NCBI RefSeq assembly: GCF_000341395.1
Contig: NC_020304.1
Location: 2,610,001-2,642,000 of the forward strand
Length of the DNA: 32,000 bases
From: Desulfocapsa sulfexigens DSM 10523
Lineage (GTDB): Bacteria > Desulfobacterota > Desulfobulbia > Desulfobulbales > Desulfocapsaceae
Direction of reading: 5' to 3'
The notes below the pieces were generated by a model. The model was not told the origin of the DNA. It searched no databases and was given only the letters and a program-made list of their open reading frames with translations. Positions 9,321-19,164 of the stretch are shown here, piece after piece. Numbering within the stretch: position 1 is the first letter of the stretch; each line of letters begins with the position of its first letter. Both the position numbers and the translations under genes were made by a program.

Positions 9321-9368
9321 AACGGGAAGGGGCAAGGTGATGCTATCACCTTGCCCCTTCCTGTTTTT
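9321..9368 (-). terminator. Strong hairpin between ppsA and algI-like gene, likely ppsA terminator
   Basis: aacgggaaggggcaaggtga (9321-9340) / loop tgcta / tcaccttgccccttcctgtt (9346-9365): 20 bp with one G.T. The T-tract is clearer on the + strand (gtttttattt) than on the gene strand, so the direction is uncertain. Confidence 0.6.
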
Positions 9369-9389
9369 ATTTAACCTGTGAAAAGATGA

Positions 9390-11831
9390 TCAGGGTGCGA
9401 CGCCCATCTCTTTTTCCTTCTCATGTACAGCCATACGAGTCTTGATGGCAGTGTTTGGAATAAGAGACATGGAGTCAATTCCAAGCTCAACCAGGAAGGT
9501 GGCAAAGTCAGGGAAATCAGATGGACCCTGACCGCAGATTCCGATCTTCTTCTTACGTCGTTTGGCGGTGGCGATAACCATGCGGATCATGTCTTTCACA
9601 GCATCGTCACGTTCATCAGCAATACCAGCGATAAGACCGGAGTCACGGTCGAGTCCGAAGGTGAGCTGGGTTAGATCATTGGATCCGATTGAGAAACCAT
9701 CAAATATATCGGCAAAGGCATCAGCAGAGATAACGTTACTTGGGATTTCGCACATAACGTAAACCTCAAGGCCATTCTCTCCCTGAACCAGGCCACAATC
9801 TCTCATAACCTCGATTACTTTCTTACCCTCTTTAGGAGTACGGCAGAATGGAACCATCAGTTTGATGTTGTCCAGACCCATATCGTTACGGGCCTTTAAC
9901 AGGCCAGCACATTCAAGCTCGAATGCAGGCCGGTATTTGGGGTCATAGTAGCGGGAGGCACCACGCCATCCAATCATCGGGTTTTCTTCATTCGGCTCGT
10001 ACAGGGTACCACCAGCAAGGTTTGCGTATTCGTTACTCTTGAAATCAGAGAGACGGACAATAACGTCATTGGGGTAGAATGCAGCAGCGATACGGCCGAC
10101 ACCTTCAGCCACCTTATCAATAAAGAACTGACGCTTGTCGCTGTATGCTCCTGTTTTGGCATCAATCTTGGCAATGATGTCCTTTTTCACGGGATCGTCG
10201 GATTTTTTCAGCTCTTCGTAATTATACAGTGCCAGAGGATGCAGACCGATGTGAGAGTTGATGATAAACTCTTCACGGGCAAGACCGACACCATCATTAG
10301 GAATCTGACATTCGGTGAAGGCTTTTTCAGGAATAGCCAGGTTCATCATTATTTTTGTCTTGGTGGCGGGCAGGTTGCCAAGATCCTGTTTGTCGATTTC
10401 AAACTTGAGCAAACCTTCGTAAACATAGCCGGTTTCACCTTCAGCAGAGGATGCGGTGATTTCCATGCCGGTTTTGATGTGTTCTGTGGCATCTCCGGTT
10501 CCGATGACGCATGGAATGCCAAGCTCGCGGGAAATAATTGCAGCATGACAGGTACGGCCACCGCGGTTAGTAATGATTGCCCCGGCAATTTTCATGATGG
10601 GTTCCCAGTCGGGGTCGGTCATGTCGGTGACCAGGACTTCACCCTTTCTGAAGGTTCCGATATCCTTTACATCATTAATACAGTGAGCAACACCCTGACC
10701 GATCTTTGAACCAACAGCCAGGCCTTCAACAAGGACCTTTCCTTTTTCCAGTAGCTTATAGGTTTCCATCATGCCTGTGCCGGCCTGGGAGTGAACAGTT
10801 TCGGGACGAGCCTGAACGATGAAAAGATCACCTGTTCCCACAGTAACACCGTCACCATCCTTGGCCCACTCGATGTCCATTCCTTTTCCGTAATGATCTT
10901 CGATGATACAGGCCCATTCGGCAAGTTTAAGAATCTCATCATCACTGATTACGTAAGCTTTACGTTCTTCTATGGTGGTGGCAATGTTTCTTACGGGCTC
11001 AGCAGTGGTAGGATCGTTGTCATAGATCATTTTGATCTCTTTGGAGCCAACTTTCTTGCCAACAATTGGTCGTTTGCCTTCTTTCAGTTTAGGTTTGTAA
11101 ACATAGTATTCATCGGGATTAACTGCACCCTGGACCACGTTTTCTCCAAGACCCCAGGCGCCGGTGATAAAACAGGCATCTTTGAAGCCCGATTCGGTAT
11201 CGATGGTAAACAAGACGCCGGAAGAGGCAGAGTCGGAACGAACCATCTTCTGAACAGTAATTGAAAGATAGACATCAAACTGACCAAATCCCTGATGCTG
11301 GCGATACGATATGGCGCGGTTGGTGAAAAGGGATGCAAAGCACTTACGGCAGTTATCGATGATTGCGTCGTAGCCGTGAATGTTCAGGTATGTCTCCTGC
11401 TGACCGGCAAAGGAGGCATCGGGAAGATCTTCTGCGGTTGCAGATGAGCGAACAGCAACATCACAGTTTTCACCATACTGCCCTTCCATCACTTTGTAGG
11501 CCTTGATGATGGCTTCACGAAGATCATCCGGAAATTCGGCATGACGAATAATATTACGGCATTTTTCCCCACGCTCAGCAAGGTTCGCCATATCCTCAAT
11601 ATCAAGATCAGCGAGAACGTCGCGGATCTCCTGCTCGACACCTGCAGCCTTTAGAAGGTAGCGGTAGGCGTATGCGGTGATGGCAAATCCATGGGGAACA
11701 GCAACACCTTTTGCTGTGAGATGCTGATACATTTCACCCAGTGATGCGTTTTTCCCACCAACCAGAGGGACATCTTCAATGCCGATATCGTCAAACCATA
11801 GGATCAATTCTTCGTCGTGACTTTTGGCCAT
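9390..11831 (-). CDS. ppsA: Phosphoenolpyruvate synthase
   Basis: 813 aa with VPLVGGKNASLGEMYQ, GGRTCHAAIISRELGIPCVIG (phosphohistidine loop), GFSIGSNDLTQLTFGLDRDSG and KIGICGQGPSD. Confidence 0.96.
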   Translation of the reverse strand: MAKSHDEELILWFDDIGIEDVPLVGGKNASLGEMYQHLTAKGVAVPHGFAITAYAYRYLLKAAGVEQEIRDVLADLDIEDMANLAERGEKCRNIIRHAEFPDDLREAIIKAYKVMEGQYGENCDVAVRSSATAEDLPDASFAGQQETYLNIHGYDAIIDNCRKCFASLFTNRAISYRQHQGFGQFDVYLSITVQKMVRSDSASSGVLFTIDTESGFKDACFITGAWGLGENVVQGAVNPDEYYVYKPKLKEGKRPIVGKKVGSKEIKMIYDNDPTTAEPVRNIATTIEERKAYVISDDEILKLAEWACIIEDHYGKGMDIEWAKDGDGVTVGTGDLFIVQARPETVHSQAGTGMMETYKLLEKGKVLVEGLAVGSKIGQGVAHCINDVKDIGTFRKGEVLVTDMTDPDWEPIMKIAGAIITNRGGRTCHAAIISRELGIPCVIGTGDATEHIKTGMEITASSAEGETGYVYEGLLKFEIDKQDLGNLPATKTKIMMNLAIPEKAFTECQIPNDGVGLAREEFIINSHIGLHPLALYNYEELKKSDDPVKKDIIAKIDAKTGAYSDKRQFFIDKVAEGVGRIAAAFYPNDVIVRLSDFKSNEYANLAGGTLYEPNEENPMIGWRGASRYYDPKYRPAFELECAGLLKARNDMGLDNIKLMVPFCRTPKEGKKVIEVMRDCGLVQGENGLEVYVMCEIPSNVISADAFADIFDGFSIGSNDLTQLTFGLDRDSGLIAGIADERDDAVKDMIRMVIATAKRRKKKIGICGQGPSDFPDFATFLVELGIDSMSLIPNTAIKTRMAVHEKEKEMGVAP

Positions 11832-11953
11832 CGTTATTTCTCCTGCTAAAGTAATGATTGAAAGGACACGTCCGATAATACGAATATGCCTGAAATGAAA
11901 AAGTCAGCCTTTATATAAAAGGATGAAAGATGAAAGTCAAAAAAATCTGATGC

Positions 11954-11983
11954 ATTATATAAAAATAATTGTCAATCCGTCAA
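11954..11983 (-). promoter_or_regulatory. Putative sigma-70-type promoter for ppsA
   Basis: Minus strand reads TTGACG-N18-TATAAT; the predicted 5' UTR is about 115 nt. Confidence 0.5.
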
Positions 11984-12114
11984 GTAATAGGGCGGTAAAT
12001 TCCGGCTTTTCTGGAATGAAAAAGTAGAACTGCGGGTGGAAGTGTGATACTGTTTTTTAACTCTTAATTGAATGATGTCAATAAATCTCTATGGAAAATA
12101 TGGAGGGCGACGCC

Positions 12115-13851
12115 ATGTCTCAGGCTGCAAAAATAAAAGAACTCTATAAGAAGTGTAATATCGGTAAGGACCATTCTGAAAGTGATTATTTTGGCCTTGT
12201 CAAGGAATTGGTTGCGCTGCGTAAAGCAGAAGGAGTGCAGTGGCAGCAGGCCATAGATCAGGTTTACGCTTTGATTATGGATGAAATTATCTGTAATGCT
12301 GGTGAGCCGGTGACGGCTGTTAAATTCGGAACATCCGGCTGGCGTGGCATGATAGGAAAAGATCTGTTTGTCCGTTCAGTCTCTTTTGTGACTGCTGCCA
12401 TTGTAGACCTTTACGTCGCACTCGATGAAGAGCCGGAACTTGGTCTGTTTTTGGGTGTTACCAGCCTGGATGAGGCCAGAAAGCGTGGCTGTGTACTCGG
12501 TTTTGATAACCGTTTTGGAGGAGAAATACTTGCCGGAGCCGTGACTGAAGTCTTGGTCAAGGCAGGATTTGTTGTTCACTATGCAGGGGAATCTACTACC
12601 GGAGTTCTTTCTGCTGCAGTGCTCGAACTCAACGCCGCCTTCTCAGTGAACCTGACCCCCTCCCATAATCCCCTTGAGTATGCCGGTTTTAAGTATAACG
12701 CTGCGGATGCAGGCCCTGCCGCGACAGAGCTTACCGGGCGCATTACCGAAAAGGCCCGGCAGATCATAGCAGGAGCAGGCTCTCCATTTGTGGCACTGGA
12801 TAAACCCGTTGTTTCAGCTGCTGATCGTGACGATGTGTTGCCCTTTGATGCCCTTGGGACATGGAAACAGCTTGTTCGCAACAATAAAGACATTCACGAT
12901 GTTCATTATGACGATATTATGAACAGGTTTGCCACGGATACAGAAATTGTGGCTGTTATAGATTCAGTTCACGGAGCCAGCAGGATACATATTCCGGCAC
13001 TGTTTGAGGGGGTTGAAAACGACAGGTTAATACAGTTGCGTGACAGTTCCGATGTTACTTTTGACGGGATAGCCCCGGAACCATCATCAGCTAATATGGT
13101 TGGCGTCATCACGACCCTGCAGAAACGAAAAGAACCTTTGAAGGTTGGAGCCATTATAGATCCCGATGGTGATCGGATCAGGTTCACCGATGGCACGGTT
13201 GAGATAAGCATGAACCAGTTCGGTGCCATGGCTTACCACTTTCTTCATGAAGGTAAAGGCAAGAAAGGAATGGTCGCAAAAACCGTGGCGACCTCCAACC
13301 TTGCCAATCGTCTGGCCGAGGTGTTCGGAGAAGAGACCTTTGAGCCTCGAGTAGGATTCAAAGAGTTTAAACCGGTTATTGGTAAGGCTCTTGTCTACTT
13401 TGAAGAATCCGATGGTATCTCTATTATTGGCCATACCCCTGAGAAGGACGCCTATATCGGTCTCCTTCTGGCGCTTGATATGGTAATCAGTCGCAGGCAA
13501 AATCTTGGAGAGTATCTTGCGGAGATTGAAAAGGAATATGGTGCCTTTTATCCTGACAGAGACGGTCTTCCGGTCAGTGTTCAGGGAGAAGTGCTGCATG
13601 CTGCTCTGTTGAAACTTGAAAAGTATGGCGTGGGTGCAGTTGTTAATGTGGGTGGAACAGAGCAGCGTATCACTCAGGTGATCGACATTGATGGCCGAAA
13701 GATGATTTTTGAGGATGGTTCATGGCTGATGATCAGGCCGTCCGGGACGGAACCAAAGGTGCGTTTCTATGTTGAATCGCGAACAAAAAGTGGCACTGCG
13801 GCGCTTGTAGAGGCGGCCCGTGGAATGTTGGATGAAATAGGTCTTATATAA
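12115..13851 (+). CDS. pgm: Alpha-D-phosphohexomutase, probably phosphoglucomutase
   Basis: NLTPSHNPLEYAGFKYN (active serine), DPDGDRIR (metal loop), FEESDGISIIGHTPEKDA (sugar loop), RPSGTEPKVRFYVE (phosphate loop). The ATG at 12115 follows a GGAGG; an in-frame ATG at 12091 is less likely. Confidence 0.88.
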   Translation: MSQAAKIKELYKKCNIGKDHSESDYFGLVKELVALRKAEGVQWQQAIDQVYALIMDEIICNAGEPVTAVKFGTSGWRGMIGKDLFVRSVSFVTAAIVDLYVALDEEPELGLFLGVTSLDEARKRGCVLGFDNRFGGEILAGAVTEVLVKAGFVVHYAGESTTGVLSAAVLELNAAFSVNLTPSHNPLEYAGFKYNAADAGPAATELTGRITEKARQIIAGAGSPFVALDKPVVSAADRDDVLPFDALGTWKQLVRNNKDIHDVHYDDIMNRFATDTEIVAVIDSVHGASRIHIPALFEGVENDRLIQLRDSSDVTFDGIAPEPSSANMVGVITTLQKRKEPLKVGAIIDPDGDRIRFTDGTVEISMNQFGAMAYHFLHEGKGKKGMVAKTVATSNLANRLAEVFGEETFEPRVGFKEFKPVIGKALVYFEESDGISIIGHTPEKDAYIGLLLALDMVISRRQNLGEYLAEIEKEYGAFYPDRDGLPVSVQGEVLHAALLKLEKYGVGAVVNVGGTEQRITQVIDIDGRKMIFEDGSWLMIRPSGTEPKVRFYVESRTKSGTAALVEAARGMLDEIGLI

Positions 13852-13972
13852 AAAGCATTTCTCATTGATTTTTGCTTCTGCAGTATTAGAGTAGCTGAAC
13901 TGTCTCGAAATTTTTCCAATCCCATGCGTTGGGGTTGTTGGTATCTCATTTAAGAACACTCAGGAGTAGATC

Positions 13973-14806
13973 ATGTGGGAATATACGGATAAAGTTCAGC
14001 AACACTTTTTACATCCTCAAAATGTTGGGGAAATTGAGAATCCAAGCGGTATCGGGGATGTTGGTTCTTTGGCTTGTGGCGACGCCCTGAAGCTGACGTT
14101 AAAGATTGAAGATAACGTCATAGTTGATGCCAAGTTCAAGACTTTCGGCTGTGCCTCTGCCATTGCCTCTTCCTCTGCTCTAACCCTTATGGTGATCGGT
14201 ATGACCGTCGATGAAGCAGAAAAAATTACTAACGACGACATTGCTGATTATCTGGGTGGTCTGCCGAAGGAGAAGATGCACTGTTCTGTTATGGGACGTG
14301 AAGCTCTGGAGGCTGCCATTGCCGATTATCGTGGTGTAATCCTGCCCATGGCTGAAGGTGAAGTCGTCTGTGAATGTTTTGGTGTGACCGATCTTGACGT
14401 GATTCGGGCAATTAAAGAATCAGATCTTCGTTCCGTTGAGGAAATCACTAACTTCACCAAGGCAGGTGGCGGTTGTGGAAAATGTGAAGATAAACTGCGT
14501 GATCTTCTCCAGACGACGATCAGTGGGATTCCCATTGTTCCGGTTACTGCTGAAGGACCCAAACGTTTGACGACTCTTCAGAAGATCAAAAAAATTGAAG
14601 AAGTTCTTGAGCGTGAGATAAAGCCGGCTCTTAAAAAGGATGGTGGTGATATTGAACTTGTTGATGTTGATGGAGATTTTGTAATGGTTTCTCTGCGTGG
14701 CGCCTGTACCAGTTGTGCCAAGTCACAAACAACTCTCAAAGAGTATGTGGAGAAAAAATTGCGTGAGTTGGTGCTCGACACGCTGATTGTTGAGGAGGCC
14801 AAATGA
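13973..14806 (+). CDS. nifU: NifU-type Fe-S cluster scaffold protein
   Basis: 277 aa. IscU-like N-terminus (MWEYTDKVQQHFLHPQNVGEI, KTFGCASAIASSSALT), a central Cys-rich CECFGVTD...GGGCGKC, and a C-terminal Nfu domain (RGACTSCAKSQTTL). Confidence 0.94.
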   Translation: MWEYTDKVQQHFLHPQNVGEIENPSGIGDVGSLACGDALKLTLKIEDNVIVDAKFKTFGCASAIASSSALTLMVIGMTVDEAEKITNDDIADYLGGLPKEKMHCSVMGREALEAAIADYRGVILPMAEGEVVCECFGVTDLDVIRAIKESDLRSVEEITNFTKAGGGCGKCEDKLRDLLQTTISGIPIVPVTAEGPKRLTTLQKIKKIEEVLEREIKPALKKDGGDIELVDVDGDFVMVSLRGACTSCAKSQTTLKEYVEKKLRELVLDTLIVEEAK

Positions 14807-15990
14807 TGAACTGTGATGCAGATAAAGTGATTTACATGGATAATAATGCCACCACCAGGGTAGCTCCTGAGGTGGTTGATGCCATGATGCCCTTCCTGAC
14901 CGAATGCTACGGTAACCCATCCAGCATGCATAATTTTGGTGGTCAGGTGGGTAGCGCTGTGCAAAAGGCGAGAGGGCAGGTGGCTGAGTTGATCGGTGCA
15001 GAGCCAACGGAGATCACCTTCACCAGCTGTGGGACGGAGAGTGACTCTACAGCGATCCTTTCTGCCCTGCAGGCCTTTCCCGAAAAAAGGCATATTATTA
15101 CCACCCGGGTGGAACATCCTGCCATTAAGCATCTCTGTGAAAATTTAGACAGGCTTACCGGTCACAAGCATCGGGTCACGCGGCTTCAGGTGGAATCCGA
15201 TGGCACCCTTGATCTTGCGAGCTATGAAGAAGCCCTGGCCGAAGATACAGCCATTGTTTCTGTGATGTGGGCTAATAATGAAACCGGTGTAATTTTTCCC
15301 GTGGAAAAAATGGCAACCATGGCCAAAGAAAGGGGAATCCTGTTTCACACCGATGCGGTTCAGGCTGTTGGGAAGATTCCTATAAATCTGAAGGATCTTG
15401 ATATCGATTTTCTGTCCATATCCGGTCACAAACTTCATGCTGCCAAAGGTGTTGGAGTTTTATATGTGAAGCGGGGAACGCCCTTTGTTCCCTTTCTGGC
15501 AGGTGGCCATCAGGAAGGTGGAAGGCGCGGTGGTACCGAAAACGTGGCATCTATTGTTGGTCTTGGCAAGGCGTGTGAGCTTGCGGGAAAGATGATGGAG
15601 GAGGAGAATACCAGAGTGCGAGCCCTTCGTGATCGGCTTGAGGAGGGGTTACTTGCAACAGTGCCCAAATCCATGCTCAATGGTCACAAAACAGACAGAC
15701 TTCCCAACACCACAAATATCAGTTTTGAATTTGTGGAGGGTGAAGCCATTCTGCTGCACATGAATATGTATAATATCTGTGCTTCATCAGGCTCTGCCTG
15801 TACTTCAGGCTCTCTTGAGCCATCCCATGTTCTGCGAGCCATGGGGGTTCCCTTTACTGCGGCCCATGGTTCCATCAGGTACTCGTTAAGTGTCTATAAT
15901 ACCGAAGCTGAAGTGGATTTTGTGTTGGAGAAAATGCCTCCGATTATTGCCGAACTGCGTGAACTCTCACCTTTCTGGGAGGCGGAATAA
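14803..15990 (+). CDS. nifS: Cysteine desulfurase, NifS-type
   Basis: VIYMDNNATTRVAPEV, ITTRVEHPA, SISGHKLHAAKGVGVLYV (PLP lysine) and SSGSACTSGSLEPSHVL (catalytic Cys loop). Overlaps the nifU stop as ATGA. Confidence 0.95.
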   Translation: MMNCDADKVIYMDNNATTRVAPEVVDAMMPFLTECYGNPSSMHNFGGQVGSAVQKARGQVAELIGAEPTEITFTSCGTESDSTAILSALQAFPEKRHIITTRVEHPAIKHLCENLDRLTGHKHRVTRLQVESDGTLDLASYEEALAEDTAIVSVMWANNETGVIFPVEKMATMAKERGILFHTDAVQAVGKIPINLKDLDIDFLSISGHKLHAAKGVGVLYVKRGTPFVPFLAGGHQEGGRRGGTENVASIVGLGKACELAGKMMEEENTRVRALRDRLEEGLLATVPKSMLNGHKTDRLPNTTNISFEFVEGEAILLHMNMYNICASSGSACTSGSLEPSHVLRAMGVPFTAAHGSIRYSLSVYNTEAEVDFVLEKMPPIIAELRELSPFWEAE

Positions 15991-15992
15991 TT

Positions 15993-16916
15993 ATGCGGAT
16001 TGTTGACCCGTCGTTTGAAATTCAGGATGATCTGGATCGGGCATCACTTGTTGTGCGCCTTGAGGCCTGTGGACGTATCTGTTACAAGAGTGAGGGCCTT
16101 ATTGATGAAAATTCTGCCCTTCCTTTTGTGAAAAAGATAGCTGAGCACGGTCACAATTCTGTGATGGAAATGGCGGTGGTCACATTGGGTATTGTGTGCT
16201 CCGATGACCAATTTGATGCTTTACTGGCCTTAGAACCCAAATATCTTTTTATCGATCGTCTGGGTTCTGAGGTTTTGGTGACCGCATCCATTCGAAGTCT
16301 TCGAGAGTTGTATCAGCGAGCAGGGACGAATGCGCTGGTTGAAGCCATGGTTGCTTTTATGGTTGCCAGGCATTCCTATCTTTTCGAGGGTGTTTGGGAC
16401 GGTGGTAATGGACAGGGAAAAGATATAACGGTCAGGAAATTGGATTTGCAGGAGGTGGATTCGCTTCCAGAGGAAAATATTTCCAAGCATCGTTTTCTTG
16501 GTGTGAAGTTTATCACAAATCGTGCCGTGACTCACGAAATCGTGCGACATCGTCCCTGTTCTTTTTTGCAGGAAAGTCAACGCTACTGCCGCTATAGTCA
16601 GGATAAGTTTGATAATCAGGTGACTTTTATCAGACCCCTGTTCTATAAAGAGGGGAGCGACGAGTTTGTGCTCTGGCAAAAGGCCATGGAAGATACAGAA
16701 AAAATATATTTGAAACTCCTTGAATCTTCCACGCCTCAGGCTGCCCGGACTGTGTTGCCTAATTCCTGCAAGACAGAAATTATTGTTTATTGTAATCTTG
16801 CAGAGTGGAGCCATATTTTTAAATTACGAACAACTCCTGCAGCCGAACCTTCCATGCGGGAAGTTATGATTCCGCTTGCTGCTGAAATGAAAAAACGCTA
16901 TCCGGCGATCTTCTGA
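15993..16916 (+). CDS. thyX: FAD-dependent thymidylate synthase (ThyX)
   Basis: RHRPCSFLQES matches the ThyX RHRX7S signature (about 16545-16577), followed by QRYCRYSQ and a C-terminal FKLRTTPAAEPSMREVM. Confidence 0.92.
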   Translation: MRIVDPSFEIQDDLDRASLVVRLEACGRICYKSEGLIDENSALPFVKKIAEHGHNSVMEMAVVTLGIVCSDDQFDALLALEPKYLFIDRLGSEVLVTASIRSLRELYQRAGTNALVEAMVAFMVARHSYLFEGVWDGGNGQGKDITVRKLDLQEVDSLPEENISKHRFLGVKFITNRAVTHEIVRHRPCSFLQESQRYCRYSQDKFDNQVTFIRPLFYKEGSDEFVLWQKAMEDTEKIYLKLLESSTPQAARTVLPNSCKTEIIVYCNLAEWSHIFKLRTTPAAEPSMREVMIPLAAEMKKRYPAIF

Positions 16917-17022
16917 TGGTGTAATTATGTTCTGAAGCCTGCTTTCCGTTTTTAGTTGCAAAATTTCCTTCGCTGTGGAGAATTTTCGACCAAACAATAA
17001 AATGCCAGTTCTGTACTGAAAG

Positions 17023-17061
17023 AAAAGCTCTTATCCTGTTCTCTGGATAAGGGCTTTTTTT
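17023..17061 (+). terminator. Rho-independent terminator downstream of thyX
   Basis: aaaagctcttatcc (17023-17036) / tgttctct / ggataagggctttt (17045-17058): 14 bp with one G.T, then a T-run. Confidence 0.8.
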
Positions 17062-17077
17062 GTCTGTTGTGCTCGTA

Positions 17078-17106
17078 TTGACACTTTGTTAAAAATTAGT
17101 TATATA
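17078..17106 (+). promoter_or_regulatory. Putative sigma-70-type promoter for fhs
   Basis: TTGACA (17078-17083), 17-bp spacer, TATATA (17101-17106), 85 bp upstream of the fhs ATG, which is preceded by AAAGGAG. Confidence 0.6.
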
Positions 17107-17190
17107 GAGCATCAATTCTGATGAAGTATCAACTCGTCCTGACTGCAATCAGGTCTAACAAATTAATTTTTATAACAAAAGGAGATCAAT

Positions 17191-18957
17191 ATGGCTCTTG
17201 ATCCAACGAAACATGCTGACTGGGAAATTGCTGCTGAAGCTGAGTCCCGTATGAAAACCGTTTATGAGCTTGGTGAACAGCTGGGACTCGATAAGGAAGA
17301 AGTACTTCCCTATGGTCATTATGTCGGGAAACTTGATTTTAATAAGATCATGAGTCGTCTTGCCGATAAGCCTGATGGAAAATATGTTGATGTGACCGCC
17401 ATCAGTCCGACCCCTCTTGGTGAAGGGAAATCCACATGCGCCATGGGGCTTGTTCAGGGGCTTGGTAAACGGAATAAATCAGTTGTTGGTGCCATCCGCC
17501 AGCCTTCCGGTGGGCCCACTATGAACATAAAGGGTTCAGCTGCTGGTGGTGGACTTGCCCAGTGTATTCCTCTTACGGAGTTTTCCCTTGGTTTGACCGG
17601 TGACATCAATGCCATTATGAATGCGCACAACCTTGGTATGGTTGCTCTCACATCGCGTATGCAGCATGAGGCAAATTACACCGATGAGCAGCTTGCTCAG
17701 CGTAATCTGAAACGCCTTGATATCCACCCCAAAAAGGTTGAGTTTAACTGGATCATGGATTTCTGTGCTCAGGCCCTTCGTGATATCACCATCGGTCAGG
17801 GACCCGGTAAAATGGATGGTTTCACCATGAAATCTTCCTTTGCAATCGCTGTATCCTCCGAGATTATGGCCATTCTCGCCATCGCCAACGATCTGGCTGA
17901 TATGCGCCGCCGTATTGCTAAAATTGTTGTTGCTTACGACAAGCAGGACCGACCTATCACCACAGCTGACCTTGAAGTTGATGGTGCCATGACCGCATGG
18001 ATGGTTCAGGCCCTCAATCCTAACCTGATGCAGACACTTGAAGGTCAGCCGGTACTTGTTCATGCAGGACCATTTGCAAATATCGCTATTGGTCAGTCTT
18101 CTGTTATTGCTGATCGTGTTGGTTTGAAAATTGCTGATTATAACGTTACTGAATCAGGCTTTGGTGCAGATATCGGATTCGAGAAATTCTGGAACCTTAA
18201 ATGCCGTTTCTCCGGAAACAAGCCAAATTGCGCAGTTGTTGTTGCGACCATTCGAGCTCTTAAGTGTCACGGTGGTGCGCCAATTCCGGTTCCTGGAAAG
18301 CCCATGCCTGTTGAGTATAACACTGAGAACGTCGGCTGGGTCGAAGAGGGTTGCAAGAATCTTATTCATCACATTGAAACTGTTAAAAAGGCTGGGATCA
18401 ATCCTGTTGTCTGTATCAATGCTTTCTATACTGATACCGATAACGAGATTGCTGCAGTTCGTCGTATATGTGAAGCGGCTGGCGCTCGTGTTGCCCTTTC
18501 CCGTCATTGGGAACATGGTGGAGAGGGTGCTCTTGAATTTGCGGATGCGGTTGTTGATGCCTGTGAAGAGCCAAATGATTTCAAATTCCTGTACGACCTG
18601 AGCGATCCTCTTGATAAGCGTATTGATCTTATCGCAAGGGAAGTTTATGGCGCAGATGGCGTGAGTTATACTCCAGAGGCTCAGGCTAAACTGAAGCGTC
18701 TTGGGGCAGACCCTGATATGGCTGAGATGGGAACCTGTATGGTCAAAACACACCTCTCTCTTTCTCATAACCCTGCTCTTAAAGGAACCCCAAAGGGATG
18801 GACGCTGCCTATTCGTGACATTTTGACATACAAAGGCGCTGGATTTGTTGTACCTGTTGCCGGAGCTATTAGCCTGATGCCTGGTACCGGTTCTGATCCT
18901 GCGTATCGACGGGTTGACGTTGATGTTGAGACTGGAAAAGTAAAAGGGGTGTTCTAA
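17191..18957 (+). CDS. fhs: Formate--tetrahydrofolate ligase
   Basis: 588 aa with [18 protein letters not shown] (P-loop), [40 protein letters not shown] and [10 protein letters not shown]. Confidence 0.96.
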   Translation: MALDPTKHADWEIAAEAESRMKTVYELGEQLGLDKEEVLPYGHYVGKLDFNKIMSRLADKPDGKYVDVTAISPTPLGEGKSTCAMGLVQGLGKRNKSVVGAIRQPSGGPTMNIKGSAAGGGLAQCIPLTEFSLGLTGDINAIMNAHNLGMVALTSRMQHEANYTDEQLAQRNLKRLDIHPKKVEFNWIMDFCAQALRDITIGQGPGKMDGFTMKSSFAIAVSSEIMAILAIANDLADMRRRIAKIVVAYDKQDRPITTADLEVDGAMTAWMVQALNPNLMQTLEGQPVLVHAGPFANIAIGQSSVIADRVGLKIADYNVTESGFGADIGFEKFWNLKCRFSGNKPNCAVVVATIRALKCHGGAPIPVPGKPMPVEYNTENVGWVEEGCKNLIHHIETVKKAGINPVVCINAFYTDTDNEIAAVRRICEAAGARVALSRHWEHGGEGALEFADAVVDACEEPNDFKFLYDLSDPLDKRIDLIAREVYGADGVSYTPEAQAKLKRLGADPDMAEMGTCMVKTHLSLSHNPALKGTPKGWTLPIRDILTYKGAGFVVPVAGAISLMPGTGSDPAYRRVDVDVETGKVKGVF

Positions 18958-19027
18958 GGTTTTAGTATTGTAAAAACAAGTAGTAATGTGTGATAAAGCC
19001 AGGGGAGTTTCCCGTGAGCTTAAAAAT

Positions 19028-19072
19028 AACGGGTTAGGAAAAGTGAACTTTTCTTAACCCGTTTGTTTTTTT
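19028..19072 (+). terminator. Rho-independent terminator downstream of fhs
   Basis: aacgggttaggaaaag (19028-19043) / tgaa / cttttcttaacccgtt (19048-19063): 16 bp with one G.T, then tgttttttt. Confidence 0.87.
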
Positions 19073-19164
19073 AAATAAAAGGTTGTATTGTTAAATGGAC
19101 TGACATACTGGAGACTGGCACTATTTATGGGTGTATTTTAATTTTCTAAATTAATTGTAATACT

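Noticed and set aside
10239-11264. Two 156-158-aa ORFs (10239-10709 and 10791-11264) on the + strand
   Set aside because: Antisense to ppsA, whose catalytic motifs run through this region.
14578-15132. 184-aa ORF antisense to the nifU/nifS junction
   Set aside because: Both sense genes have strong family motifs across this span; treated as a shadow ORF.
16230-16814. 194-aa ORF on the - strand inside thyX
   Set aside because: It lies fully within a well-supported ThyX gene; composition is low-information with no motif and no ribosome-binding context noted.
17107-17190. Possible folate (THF) riboswitch upstream of fhs
   Set aside because: Only a short CCTGA/TCAGG stem is visible (cctgactgcaatcagg); no recognisable THF aptamer core.
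18154-18768. 204-aa ORF on the - strand inside fhs
   Set aside because: It is antisense to a highly conserved fhs reading frame, has no recognisable domain, and looks like a codon-bias shadow ORF.
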